DNA of 64,000 bases from an uncultured Phycisphaerales bacterium. Its GTDB lineage: Bacteria > Planctomycetota > Phycisphaerae > Sedimentisphaerales > Anaerobacaceae. The position numbers and the translations under genes are program-made. The stretch lies in the NCBI GenBank assembly GCA_963718665.1, contig OY970359.1, forward strand, positions 96,001-160,000, read 5' to 3'. Of the stretch, positions 18,933 through 28,456 are shown in pieces; positions within the stretch are counted from its first letter, which is position 1; every line of letters starts with the position of its first letter. Under the pieces are notes generated by a model. The model saw only the letters and a program-made list of their open reading frames with translations, searched no databases and had not been told where the DNA came from.

Positions 18933-21900
18933 TTACCATCTCCTGTCCTGCATCTCTTCTATCACCTTCTGCAGCTCCACCTTCTCTCGTTCATACAATT
19001 CAACTACGTCCTTCTTGTTCTGCTCTACCGCCTGTGGCTCAAGACGACTTACCCCGATTAGTACTCCGACCGCCCTGAAATAAAAACCGCTGTGCTTATA
19101 ATACTCCTTCTTGTTCGCCTCGAAATCGTCCACCACCTTCTGCCAGAATCCATCTATCGACTGCCTCAGCTGCGGATAACGCTCGTAATATATCTGTATC
19201 AGTTGCAACGGCGTCCGCGTCGGGTCCGCCTCGTATGCCTTTATCGCGTGCTCCAAACCCCTCGTCAGTCGTTCCGGCGTATTTTCGAACAACAGTGAAT
19301 TGTGCGCTATCATAATGTCACGATAGACCTCGTTAGGATATATCGCGTTCCCGTCTTCGATGCCGTCGAATAACTGCTTTCCCCGCGGCGTCGATATATC
19401 AACGAACAGCTTTTCCTTGTCGCTCAGAAATATCAGCCGCCAGCTCTGCGCATACTCAAGACCCTTCACAAACGGCGTCTCGAACTGGTTCGTGGGCATC
19501 AATACCACCCATACCTTATATTCCTTCAGTCGTTTGTCTAACCACGCCCCCGTCTGTACATAATCATCAGGCGTAAGATTCTGGTTTCTCCTCATCGCCT
19601 TAATCGGCGTCGGCCCGCCCGACATTATCTCCGACCACTTCCCGTATGCCTCGTAGTCGTATGCCGCCTGCGCCCTGCCGTCCATAAACAACTGTAATGG
19701 CGTATGACCGTCCGCGTCAGGCCTCTGTCCCCACGCGACAAAGCCCCCCTCCGTCCAGTAGTTGAACATATTCCCCCGCATCTTGTTCGCCGTTATGAAT
19801 TCGCATGCGTCAAATGGCTTCGCCGCCGAAGCCGTCATTCGCATAAACATAGAATCAAACTTCGCATCCGTAGCCCATGGGTCTATGTATATCTTCTTGA
19901 ATTTAATACCCCAATGCGTCCCAAGCACGCCGACTAATATCACCGCCGCGGTTGTCAACAATATCTGAACGCCAAAAGGCATCCGTGGAAATGAAGCACG
20001 ACCATACTTCCGGAAATTCCTCGCCGCCGCTGCCGTCTGGATTATCTGGTCTGCCAGCAACGCTATCAGCGGACAAACCGCTATTCCCGCTATAGGTATA
20101 AATCGCCGCGACCGATACGCCATATACGCCGTCAACGCCGCAATTACTAACAGGGCAAGGTCTATCTTCGGACGACGATACGGCAACTCATCCCCAACGG
20201 CTTCTGCTTTCCCTCCTGTTATCTCCGTCATCAATGCCTTCACGTATGGCGCTACAAACCACGCCGCTATACATAAAATGTTTACTGCGTAAATCACCTG
20301 GAAATAATAGGGGTATTTTATTTCTAAGTTGGCCTCGAACAATGGCGCCCATGTCCGCTTCAAATCCCAAAACTGCCCTAAATGCCATAATGGCTCAGTA
20401 AACTTGAACGGATTTATCAGTGCCGCAGAAATCAATACCGTCGCTATCGACGCCGCCAGAACGTAAACTATATTAAGCGATGAATACCTCGGCTTCTTCG
20501 AAAGCCGCGACGCTATCGCAAACAACCCGCAATAAAACGGCGTCGTTACAAACGGAAATATGTATCTCCCCGCGTACCCCGGCTCATTGTTCGTCGCGTA
20601 TAACACGAAAAGCCCGAATGGCAATATCAAATATATCGTGTGAATATTTACAAATACTGCCAGCCACAATATCCCCACAAACAAACCGTTTATCAGAAAA
20701 CTCGCAATCATACTTCCCGCTATACTTGGATCCTGGGGCGTATTTTTTGCGATGTCAGTCATTGAGCACGAAATCATTATTGCCCAGATTACCAGCGCTG
20801 CCCCTGCAAAACCCACCGTATATGCCAGCGTGTTCGATTGCTTTAGCTGATATCCCGCCTGCGATTTCATCACCTTTACCTGTACCTGTTTCGGCACCAA
20901 AAATCGAATTATCGACCATATCACCACCAGCCCTATTCCCGTCACCGTCATCACCAAAAACGGAAACGCCGTCCCAACAGGGTTATCCCACCGAAACGCC
21001 GGCCACCACTCATGAACATTTCTCCAACCTTCGGCGTTTTCGGAAATGCTTATCATGAAGGTGTGGGTGATATTGGTGAGGTGGAAAGGATTGAAAATGA
21101 TGGAGGCGAGAAAAGCAAGAAAGCCGACAGCAATAGTGTGCCAAAGGGCAGGTAAAGTAGTTCCGGGTAAGGGGGCAATTGCGTGATTGGCAGGAGCAAG
21201 TTCGAGCTTGACGGCGAGCTTTCGCCAAAGCAAGCCCAATACGTGGATTCCAACAACAGGTGTAAGCATAATAAAGACGTAAATGTAGCCGCCGTGGACG
21301 TTTGCCCAGAATACCGTGACGGGAAGCAAAAACCAAATGTAACGGTAATTACGATAAGTTGAGAGGGCCATGATGAGCAAAAACACCGCGACCAACAGGT
21401 TGGAGAAGCCGGCAGGCCTGATATCGAGGAATGACCGGCCTATGAACATAGCGGCACAGGCGGCTGCGGCAGACAAGGCAGGATGAACACCCATAACCCT
21501 GCCCGTATAGTAAACGCAAATCACAGTAAGTATGTATATTGCAAACTTCCAGTACACAAGCGTATTGAACGACAGCTTCGGACCATCGGCGAAAGGCGAC
21601 TTATACGCCAGCCAGTGGAAAATAACGTGTGTGAGCCAGTTCTGATCTATCCAGCCGGTGGGATGCCAGTATTTGAGGGTATTGATGCTGACCTTATCGG
21701 CAATGGTCTGCGCCCAGTCGGGCCAAGTGGCAATCTCTTCGGTTGTGGGGCCCTGCCTGTGCGAATTGGCGCTGAAGGGTTCATTGGTATCGACGCCGTG
21801 GTTGTAAAAATGCCTGCCGCAGGCAAGCGCGACCCACGTATCGCCCGCGCCGACCATACGCGTGCAGGCGTGAAGGGCGAAAATGAGCATAGCAATAAGG

Positions 21901-21983
21901 CCGATGATCCCTGCCGTTTTACTTCGCAAAAGCGAAGCTGCGGGGGCCTGCATCTGTTTATTTTGCTGCATCAAATCCGGCAT
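18933..21983 (-). CDS. Large polytopic membrane protein, GT-C glycosyltransferase-like
   Basis: More than 15 hydrophobic segments; GDTWVAL..GR, WANVHGGY, EW.P and FMDGRA motifs; soluble C-terminal domain. Confidence 0.55.
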   Translation of the reverse strand: MPDLMQQNKQMQAPAASLLRSKTAGIIGLIAMLIFALHACTRMVGAGDTWVALACGRHFYNHGVDTNEPFSANSHRQGPTTEEIATWPDWAQTIADKVSINTLKYWHPTGWIDQNWLTHVIFHWLAYKSPFADGPKLSFNTLVYWKFAIYILTVICVYYTGRVMGVHPALSAAAACAAMFIGRSFLDIRPAGFSNLLVAVFLLIMALSTYRNYRYIWFLLPVTVFWANVHGGYIYVFIMLTPVVGIHVLGLLWRKLAVKLELAPANHAIAPLPGTTLPALWHTIAVGFLAFLASIIFNPFHLTNITHTFMISISENAEGWRNVHEWWPAFRWDNPVGTAFPFLVMTVTGIGLVVIWSIIRFLVPKQVQVKVMKSQAGYQLKQSNTLAYTVGFAGAALVIWAIMISCSMTDIAKNTPQDPSIAGSMIASFLINGLFVGILWLAVFVNIHTIYLILPFGLFVLYATNNEPGYAGRYIFPFVTTPFYCGLFAIASRLSKKPRYSSLNIVYVLAASIATVLISAALINPFKFTEPLWHLGQFWDLKRTWAPLFEANLEIKYPYYFQVIYAVNILCIAAWFVAPYVKALMTEITGGKAEAVGDELPYRRPKIDLALLVIAALTAYMAYRSRRFIPIAGIAVCPLIALLADQIIQTAAAARNFRKYGRASFPRMPFGVQILLTTAAVILVGVLGTHWGIKFKKIYIDPWATDAKFDSMFMRMTASAAKPFDACEFITANKMRGNMFNYWTEGGFVAWGQRPDADGHTPLQLFMDGRAQAAYDYEAYGKWSEIMSGGPTPIKAMRRNQNLTPDDYVQTGAWLDKRLKEYKVWVVLMPTNQFETPFVKGLEYAQSWRLIFLSDKEKLFVDISTPRGKQLFDGIEDGNAIYPNEVYRDIMIAHNSLLFENTPERLTRGLEHAIKAYEADPTRTPLQLIQIYYERYPQLRQSIDGFWQKVVDDFEANKKEYYKHSGFYFRAVGVLIGVSRLEPQAVEQNKKDVVELYEREKVELQKVIEEMQDRRW

Positions 21984-22500
21984 AAACTCCTTTCACCTTT
22001 AACCACTACTGAACTATTTACATAAACCATTACCCGCACAGGCGTTACCATACTCCAGCCCGCCACAGAACACAGCGGGTAAACTTCTCACCCTCCTGCA
22101 TACACCGCCAGCGCAGGGGTATAATAAGGCCTTAACTATATATCGTCAAGAAGGGCGTAAGTTCGTAAATGACAACGGCATATTGATTATTGTTCGTGGT
22201 TCGTTGTTCATAGCAGTTAGTCGATAGTCGATAGTATTTAGTATATCGTAATTTGGATGCCGCATACGGCGGACAAGCATCGATACTCATCTTGGTAAAA
22301 ACTGTACTCCATAAGACAAGTCACGGGTCTTCACCCCCACTGTTTCGCAAAGCGAAACAAATCGTGGGGGCTTCGCTACATATATAGAGACGGAAAAGGG
22401 TCATTTTGCGACAAAAAAACAAAAAAGGTTTTACCGCAGAGAACGCGGAGAACGCAGAGTTTTTTTTAACCACGGATTGGCACGGATGGACACGGATTTA

Positions 22501-22618
22501 GTCAGCCGGGGAGGCGTACTCGCAGCGGTCATTTCTCGATACTCGTATCTGTGAATGCCCGCTACTCGTCCGCCGGACGACTTTGTCGCTCACCGCCAAG
22601 GGCGGAGTGTCGGCTGAC
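22501..22618 (+). other. Structured ~118-nt repeat element, copy A
   Basis: GTCAGCCG...CGGCTGAC closing stem with internal hairpins. Confidence 0.7.
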
Positions 22619-22864
22619 TGTAAAATAACACAGATTCCATTTCTGATTTGGGACGCGGAGTATTAAAAAACTTGCTTTTATTGCCGGTTTGAAGATTTGT
22701 TTTACCGCGTGGCTTGGCCATCCCTTACGGGAGATAACCCTACTTCGCCCGTTGGGCTACGCAGGGCAGGCCACGGAGACCGCAGAGAGTTTTTTTAGCC
22801 ACAGAGGGCACAGAGCACACAGAGTTTTTTTTAGACACGGATTAACACAGATTTACACTGTTTG

Positions 22865-22979
22865 GTCAGCCAAGGGGCGTACTCGATAAGGTCTGTGCTC
22901 TAAACGTGGTTTGTGCGCAAGACCTTTATCTCGTCCGCCGCCCCTTAGGGGCATCGCCAGAGGCGATTTGCCGGCTGAC
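22865..22979 (+). other. Structured ~115-nt repeat element, copy B
   Basis: GTCAGCC...GGCTGAC closing stem; hairpins GCCCC-TTA-GGGGC and ATCGCC-AGA-GGCGAT. Confidence 0.7.
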
Positions 22980-23306
22980 AACTTTCCATATCGCCCTTTT
23001 ATAAAGCTGACTGTATTGTTTCAGGTTTCGCCGCCGAACCATAACAAAGAAAAGTCCCCGGTTTTTATTTGACCAAAATAGGACTTGGGGATAGGATGGC
23101 ATAATTATCGAGGATTTTTTGAGGATTACAGATATGCGGTATATTTATGTGATTTTGACGGTCCTGATACTCTCGTCGGTATGCAATGCAGAATCATCGC
23201 CGAATGTCCAACCAGCGGCAATATTGCCGGCCAATCGGTAATATTTGACCCTATTAAGATAGACCGAACTATCGAATAATATACGGAAACCATAATCATA
23301 GAGGAT

Positions 23307-24635
23307 ATGACAAAGATGACAATGGGTTATAAAATATTCCTCAACTGTACACGCAATGACATTTTAACTTTGCCACCTGCGGCTCAGAAGACCGCGGCAC
23401 TGAAAGAAGTGAAAATGTTTGTTGTACCGAAGGCACTAAGACGGGGTATACTCGACATCGACAAAATTATACCAGACGCACTAGTGAGCGAGGAAATGGC
23501 GGAAAGGTATCGTGAGATCACTCCGCCGGTGTATTCTCTCATTATTCCCGATTACCAGTCAATCGCCGATGAGGTTGAACAATCATATGTTATTGGGAAT
23601 GATTTCTCTGCTATTTCGGCATCGTGTGTAGTAATTGAGAGACTTCTGAACAAAGCTCGTATTGATTTGCACAAGCACCATAAAGAAAAGATCAGTGCAC
23701 TATGGAATAGAGGACCAAAAGATGACTGGCCTCCGAACATTAAAGCTCTGAAGAAGTGGGGTTATCTTGATGATGCTTTTGCGTCCGAGTTAACTTATAT
23801 ATACAAAGAGATAAGGTGCAGGTATCTTCACTCCCGCGAGATTAAAGACATGCGCCAAGATGCTAAAAGGGCTATCACGGCGGTATATAAACTTATGAAA
23901 ATATTCATTGGCTTTCCAGAAGATTTATTCGATGGCATTACGTGTAAGGACGAAGCCGACCCAAGGTATCTGGCTTTCTATAAACCATATTTACAGGACA
24001 TAGAATTAACTGAGGTCAGCGAACAATATGCAGAAAGTGATAAAATTCATCCAAGGAATTATTCGGTATTTAACAACTGGGGTTGTGCTCTTTTCCTTTT
24101 AGCAAAACTTAGAAAAGATGATGAACTTTTTAAGCAGGCGTGTCAGAAATTTGAGCAGGCCGTCCAATTTGTCAATATTGAATCGGAGAAATTCCCGATA
24201 TATTACAATTGGGGGGTTACTCTTGCCGAGTGGGCAAAACTTAAAGGCGATGAGGAGCGTTTTGAGCAAGCGAACAAGAAATTCGAGCAGGCAATAAGAA
24301 TTAATCCAACCAGACCCGATGCATACGATAATTGGGCTGGTATCTTCATTCATTGGTCAAAACTCAAGCGTGGAACACCTGAATTTGAGACTCTGCTAAA
24401 GCAGGCAGAGGAAAAAGCCCTTCAGGCGGAATCTTTGCGAAAGGGTTCTTCTGCTTATAGACTTGCCAAAATATACGCCATAAGAACTGATAAAGAACAA
24501 TGCAAGAAATGGCTTTTGGCCGGTCAGGAGGCCGGAACATTACTCACAAGGGACGAAGCTATGAAGGACAGCGACCTTGACAGTGTGAGGGGTGAGCAGT
24601 GGTTCAAGGAGATAAAATGGAAAGGGGAGAAGTAA
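23307..24635 (+). CDS. Putative HEPN-like domain plus TPR repeats (start may be further downstream)
   Basis: IERLL...RCRYLH (Rx4H); C-terminal NNWG/YNWG/DNWA TPR-like repeats and a DSDLDSVR cap. Confidence 0.6.
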   Translation: MTKMTMGYKIFLNCTRNDILTLPPAAQKTAALKEVKMFVVPKALRRGILDIDKIIPDALVSEEMAERYREITPPVYSLIIPDYQSIADEVEQSYVIGNDFSAISASCVVIERLLNKARIDLHKHHKEKISALWNRGPKDDWPPNIKALKKWGYLDDAFASELTYIYKEIRCRYLHSREIKDMRQDAKRAITAVYKLMKIFIGFPEDLFDGITCKDEADPRYLAFYKPYLQDIELTEVSEQYAESDKIHPRNYSVFNNWGCALFLLAKLRKDDELFKQACQKFEQAVQFVNIESEKFPIYYNWGVTLAEWAKLKGDEERFEQANKKFEQAIRINPTRPDAYDNWAGIFIHWSKLKRGTPEFETLLKQAEEKALQAESLRKGSSAYRLAKIYAIRTDKEQCKKWLLAGQEAGTLLTRDEAMKDSDLDSVRGEQWFKEIKWKGEK

Positions 24636-24639
24636 ATTT

Positions 24640-24674
24640 AGTTTCCGAAGCGGGCTCGTCGCTTCGCTCCGTGT
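24640..24674 (+). repeat. 35-nt hairpin repeat, copy 3 of 3
   Basis: Reverse complement of 6458-6492, followed by GTTTAGT-type heptamers. Confidence 0.9.
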
Positions 24675-24978
24675 TTAGTGCTTAGTGTTTAGTTTTTAGT
24701 TTAAAAATTGCCGATTGCCGGTTGGCGATTTAGGAATAAGAATGGATCCCCGGCAGAAAACCAAGGGAGCTAACCCCGAGGACAGGCGGGCGGATAAGGA
24801 TGTCTTCACTACGAGAGGGAGAGCCGGGGGAACACAGAATAAATATCCAATATTAAATGTTCAATGATGAAGTAAAACGCGTCTGTGGCGGGTAAACCCG
24901 GCATACAGGAGACCCATATAGCACAGAACAATTGAAGGCGCTATCCACAAATTAATATTTGCCGCCCTACTCTTTATG

Positions 24979-25584
24979 TTATGGGGTCTGATGTTTGCTA
25001 ATCTCGTCCTCGACGGCTGATATAAAGGGATCCGAAAGCAGGTCCTGCGGACTCCAGAGCGGGTAAGTAATTGAATGGATTCCAACGTACTTCGACCGGT
25101 GGTGGACATTACACAGTACCCACAAATTATCCGGGCTATGGTCAACCCATGCACTGATTTCGTCGACAGTCATGTCCCTTTGATACATCGGCTCGTTTGA
25201 GTGCCGCGCAGCCAGATGCGGGCGAATTGCCTTGTTGAATTTGACCGGATCGACAGCATTAGCCAAGGCCCACTCGATGATATGGTGATGGGTTTCAATT
25301 TGCTTGGCACCATATCGGTTCTCCGCATTATTTTTGAGCGTTGAGTTTTTTACGCCGCATACCAAACACGGAAGGTCCTTATTGACCACCAAATCATGAT
25401 GGACTTTGGCGTAATCAGGCGACTCCTTCCTAACGTCGTGTTCCGGGTAAAAGTCGGCTTCTTCTAACCGTCTGAATGTTCCATGAATTGCTACTGACCC
25501 GGCACTGCTCCGTATGTCGCTCTGCGCGGCAATATGTTTCCCGGGCACAACATACTCGTTGACTCCTGTGGTTTTGTGTGGCAT
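24979..25584 (-). CDS. Hypothetical protein with an HNH-like zinc-binding signature
   Basis: CLVCG...IETHH...NLWVLCNVHH. Confidence 0.55.
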   Translation of the reverse strand: MPHKTTGVNEYVVPGKHIAAQSDIRSSAGSVAIHGTFRRLEEADFYPEHDVRKESPDYAKVHHDLVVNKDLPCLVCGVKNSTLKNNAENRYGAKQIETHHHIIEWALANAVDPVKFNKAIRPHLAARHSNEPMYQRDMTVDEISAWVDHSPDNLWVLCNVHHRSKYVGIHSITYPLWSPQDLLSDPFISAVEDEISKHQTP

Positions 25585-25866
25585 TTTAAATCTCCTTAAA
25601 ATATTTTATCTGGACTTTTTTAGTAAATGGAGCTCAGTAATACGCGACGATATATCGTTATAAACCGCTATAATTAAAGGCGTTCTCACCCCCAAAATGT
25701 TGACGATGAAAAAAACCTTATAATTGTCAGGCAACGACAGCGGATTGGCTCTTCGACAAACTCCCCGTCAGAACTGTGAGCTAATCAGCAATGAACAACT
25801 CCCAAGTTGGCCCACCACATAGACGGCGGGTAAACCTGGGGGCTAACCATTCATAGCGTACAGCGT

Positions 25867-26469
25867 TCAGCGTTTAGCGGACAGACAATTTTCCTCCGGA
25901 AAATTCAATCGAGATAATCCACCAAAAAACTTGATAGCAGCACGGTCATAAGCACGAGCGGCGGGGATTTCATCATCGAAGCGACCGAGCCAGATTTTTT
26001 TGCCGTTATATCTGATGTGGACAGACCATTTACTGCGCTGTTTGTCGAAATGGACGCCGATGTAACGAGAAGAGGTGTTTTTGCGTTTTCGTCTGTTACG
26101 CATATTGACGGCCTGAGTTACGACGCGGAGGTTGGCGCGGCGGTTATCGAGTGAATCGCAATTCCAATGGTCAACGACGAGGCCTGCGGGCGGGGATATA
26201 AGCTGACGGTGCAGGTAAATTATTTTCGAGCGCAGGTCGTTAGTTAATTCGCTGCGGGCGGCGTAAAGGTTTGAGCCGTTGCCGTGGACGAACCATTTGA
26301 AGTGCCTGATTCGGTAGTAATCAAGCGGCTCAACGATAGTGAAGCGGCCCTGGCCTAAATCGATTCTGCGATAGGTATAGCCGAATTTGAGCAGGCGGTA
26401 GGTGAGCAACGGACAGGTGAAAATAAAATCCAGCCAGACAGGTATCGTTATTGTCAGTTGAGCAGACAT
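25867..26469 (-). CDS. HNH endonuclease with a C-terminal AP2 DNA-binding domain
   Basis: VVDHWNCDSLDNRRANLR; SSRYIGV...WLGRFDDE..AARAYDRAA...LNFP. Confidence 0.9.
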   Translation of the reverse strand: MSAQLTITIPVWLDFIFTCPLLTYRLLKFGYTYRRIDLGQGRFTIVEPLDYYRIRHFKWFVHGNGSNLYAARSELTNDLRSKIIYLHRQLISPPAGLVVDHWNCDSLDNRRANLRVVTQAVNMRNRRKRKNTSSRYIGVHFDKQRSKWSVHIRYNGKKIWLGRFDDEIPAARAYDRAAIKFFGGLSRLNFPEENCLSAKR

Positions 26470-26719
26470 CGTTATTCCTCCATTCAAAGAAATCCCAAAT
26501 TTCAAATTCAAAATTTCAGACAAACAACAAAACACAAACGAAAATTGTTTTGATTTATCTTGCGCACAAGGCGCGAAATCTGGGATTTCTATCCCTGCCC
26601 CCCTGCCAGCATCTGCCAGCGAGTTAGAATTTTACAAAATAACGCTTGTAAGTTAAGGGAAATATAACTTTTTGGTAAAAAATTGATTTTTGCGGCGTAA
26701 GTCGTTGTCAATAGGTGGC

Positions 26720-28456
26720 TTACCAGTTTTGGGTCAAGGCGGCGAAATCGACAAAATCGACTCTGCCGCTTTGGTTAGTGTCCATACCATCGCACCAGCC
26801 GGGTGATGAGCAGGTCGTCGAGAGCCAGTTATCTGCGAATGCCGTCAGGATATTGATTTTTTCCAGATTCAGCGCGGCATTCGCGTCAACGAGGCCATAG
26901 CCGAAAATGTCGTCTCTGCCGGGCGAGCCAAGGTCCTGGGCGGAATCAAAAAGAATATTAGAAACTTCCGTTGGGGTAATATTGTAATTGGCAGCGGAGA
27001 AGATTAAAGCCGCGACACCCGCGACGTGAGGGCAGGCCATCGAGGTACCGCTGTAATAGGCATAATAATTCGCGTTGACCGTAACGGTGCCGGATATGCC
27101 CGACTGGGCGAGCGTCTGGAGTGTGGTGCCGTCGGCTTGTGAAATCGATACAACTACAAGAGGAGAGCCGCCATTTAAACTAAAGGTACTAATAGAATCG
27201 CTACCATTGTCTGAGATGATAACGCCGATGGCGCCTTTGGACTGGGCGTATGCCACTTTCGCGGCGAATGTGGTGGTGCCTCTGAGGATATGGGCGATGT
27301 TTCCAGCGACACTACTGGGGCAGGAATCCTGCTGGTCGGCGCCGGTAGCAAGGCCGCAATTGCAGATTGAACCGCTCACGATCCCGGCAGCCGTGCCAAG
27401 TATTGGGTATGACACGTGGTCAGTGCCGCTCCATACCACGTCGGCCGTTGCATCGGTAGAGTTAGTTTCGTCAACCGGACAAACAGTTGAGTACACATTC
27501 ACTCCCGGCGCCGCAAGCGCTATGGTCGGCCCATAATTTGAGAAACTCGCTATGTTTTTGTTCTGGTCAATTGCCGCGACGGAAATTACCGAAGACAAAG
27601 ACGCCGGGTAGAAAGGGGTGTTTGTGTCGCTATTTCCCGCTGCCGCGACCAGCAGCGTGCCGGCTGCGAGTGCGTTGCTGCAGGCGGTATCCAAAGCCGA
27701 CGAGTAGCTACTGCTGCCCAAGCTCATGCTGATGACTTTGGCGTTGTCATTGACTGCCCATTCAATGCCGGAGATAAGCCAGCTTATTTGACCAGAGCCG
27801 GTGTTGTCCATTACCTTGGCGATGAGTAAATCGGCCTGCGGGGCGACCCCGACAACGCCGATATTGTTATCCGCCGCCGCGATAGTGCCGGAAGTATGAG
27901 TGCCGTGGCCTAAAAAATCCTCCACGGGTATTATTGCACCGGTGTTGTCGGTCGCAAAACTCACCGAATCGACAACATTGCCCCTGTCGGGATGATACAT
28001 AGTTATTCCGGTATCCATAAGAGCAACTCGCACGCCTGCGCCTGTGGTTCGCGGCCATACTGTCGGGGCGTTGACCATAGTGATGCCGTAAGGAATGGTC
28101 TGGGAAGAAGACAAAGCGATAATGCCTGATGATGAATAAGCATTGGTATCGGGGCTGCCGAGCGCGTAAATTTTGTAGTCCGGCTCGATGTACTCAACGT
28201 CGGGATTTGCCCGAAGCTGCCTGACCTGGTTGGCGTCGAGACGAGCTGCTACAGCGGGAATAATATTGAAGTCGTGCGATACAGGGAAAGTCGGACGATT
28301 GAGCATATTTTGCTTTTGTGAATGGCTCCTGTAAACGACTATATAGTCATCCGATTGCGCTTTGACGGGCCGGACGATTAGCGATAATGCCGTAAAAAGT
28401 ACTGCCAAAAACAAGGTATTTGTATGTGTTAGTAACTTTCCTGAATATCTTGCCAT
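26720..28456 (-). CDS. Secreted S8 subtilisin-like peptidase with I9 propeptide, PA insert and C-terminal dockerin-like motif
   Basis: DTG, HGTH, AAAGN and GTSMACPH motifs; C-terminal DTNQSGRVDFVDFAALTQNW. Confidence 0.9.
   Translation of the reverse strand: MARYSGKLLTHTNTLFLAVLFTALSLIVRPVKAQSDDYIVVYRSHSQKQNMLNRPTFPVSHDFNIIPAVAARLDANQVRQLRANPDVEYIEPDYKIYALGSPDTNAYSSSGIIALSSSQTIPYGITMVNAPTVWPRTTGAGVRVALMDTGITMYHPDRGNVVDSVSFATDNTGAIIPVEDFLGHGTHTSGTIAAADNNIGVVGVAPQADLLIAKVMDNTGSGQISWLISGIEWAVNDNAKVISMSLGSSSYSSALDTACSNALAAGTLLVAAAGNSDTNTPFYPASLSSVISVAAIDQNKNIASFSNYGPTIALAAPGVNVYSTVCPVDETNSTDATADVVWSGTDHVSYPILGTAAGIVSGSICNCGLATGADQQDSCPSSVAGNIAHILRGTTTFAAKVAYAQSKGAIGVIISDNGSDSISTFSLNGGSPLVVVSISQADGTTLQTLAQSGISGTVTVNANYYAYYSGTSMACPHVAGVAALIFSAANYNITPTEVSNILFDSAQDLGSPGRDDIFGYGLVDANAALNLEKINILTAFADNWLSTTCSSPGWCDGMDTNQSGRVDFVDFAALTQNW

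Larger units (their letters stand above)
22190..23050. repeat. Mosaic of short tandem repeats and hairpins, largely the inverse of 18400-18930
   Basis: CACGGATT, CACAGAG and CGCAGAG arrays; two copies of the structured element. Confidence 0.85.

Noticed and set aside
18400..23050. CRISPR array in the repeat-rich regions
   Set aside because: Repeats are degenerate 7-10-mers and hairpins with no constant repeat-spacer period, and no cas genes are present.
20900..25000. Canonical oriC
   Set aside because: Only an isolated near-match to a DnaA box (CTATCCACA at ~24941) and no dnaA, dnaN or gyrB; the skew flip is reported separately without this label.
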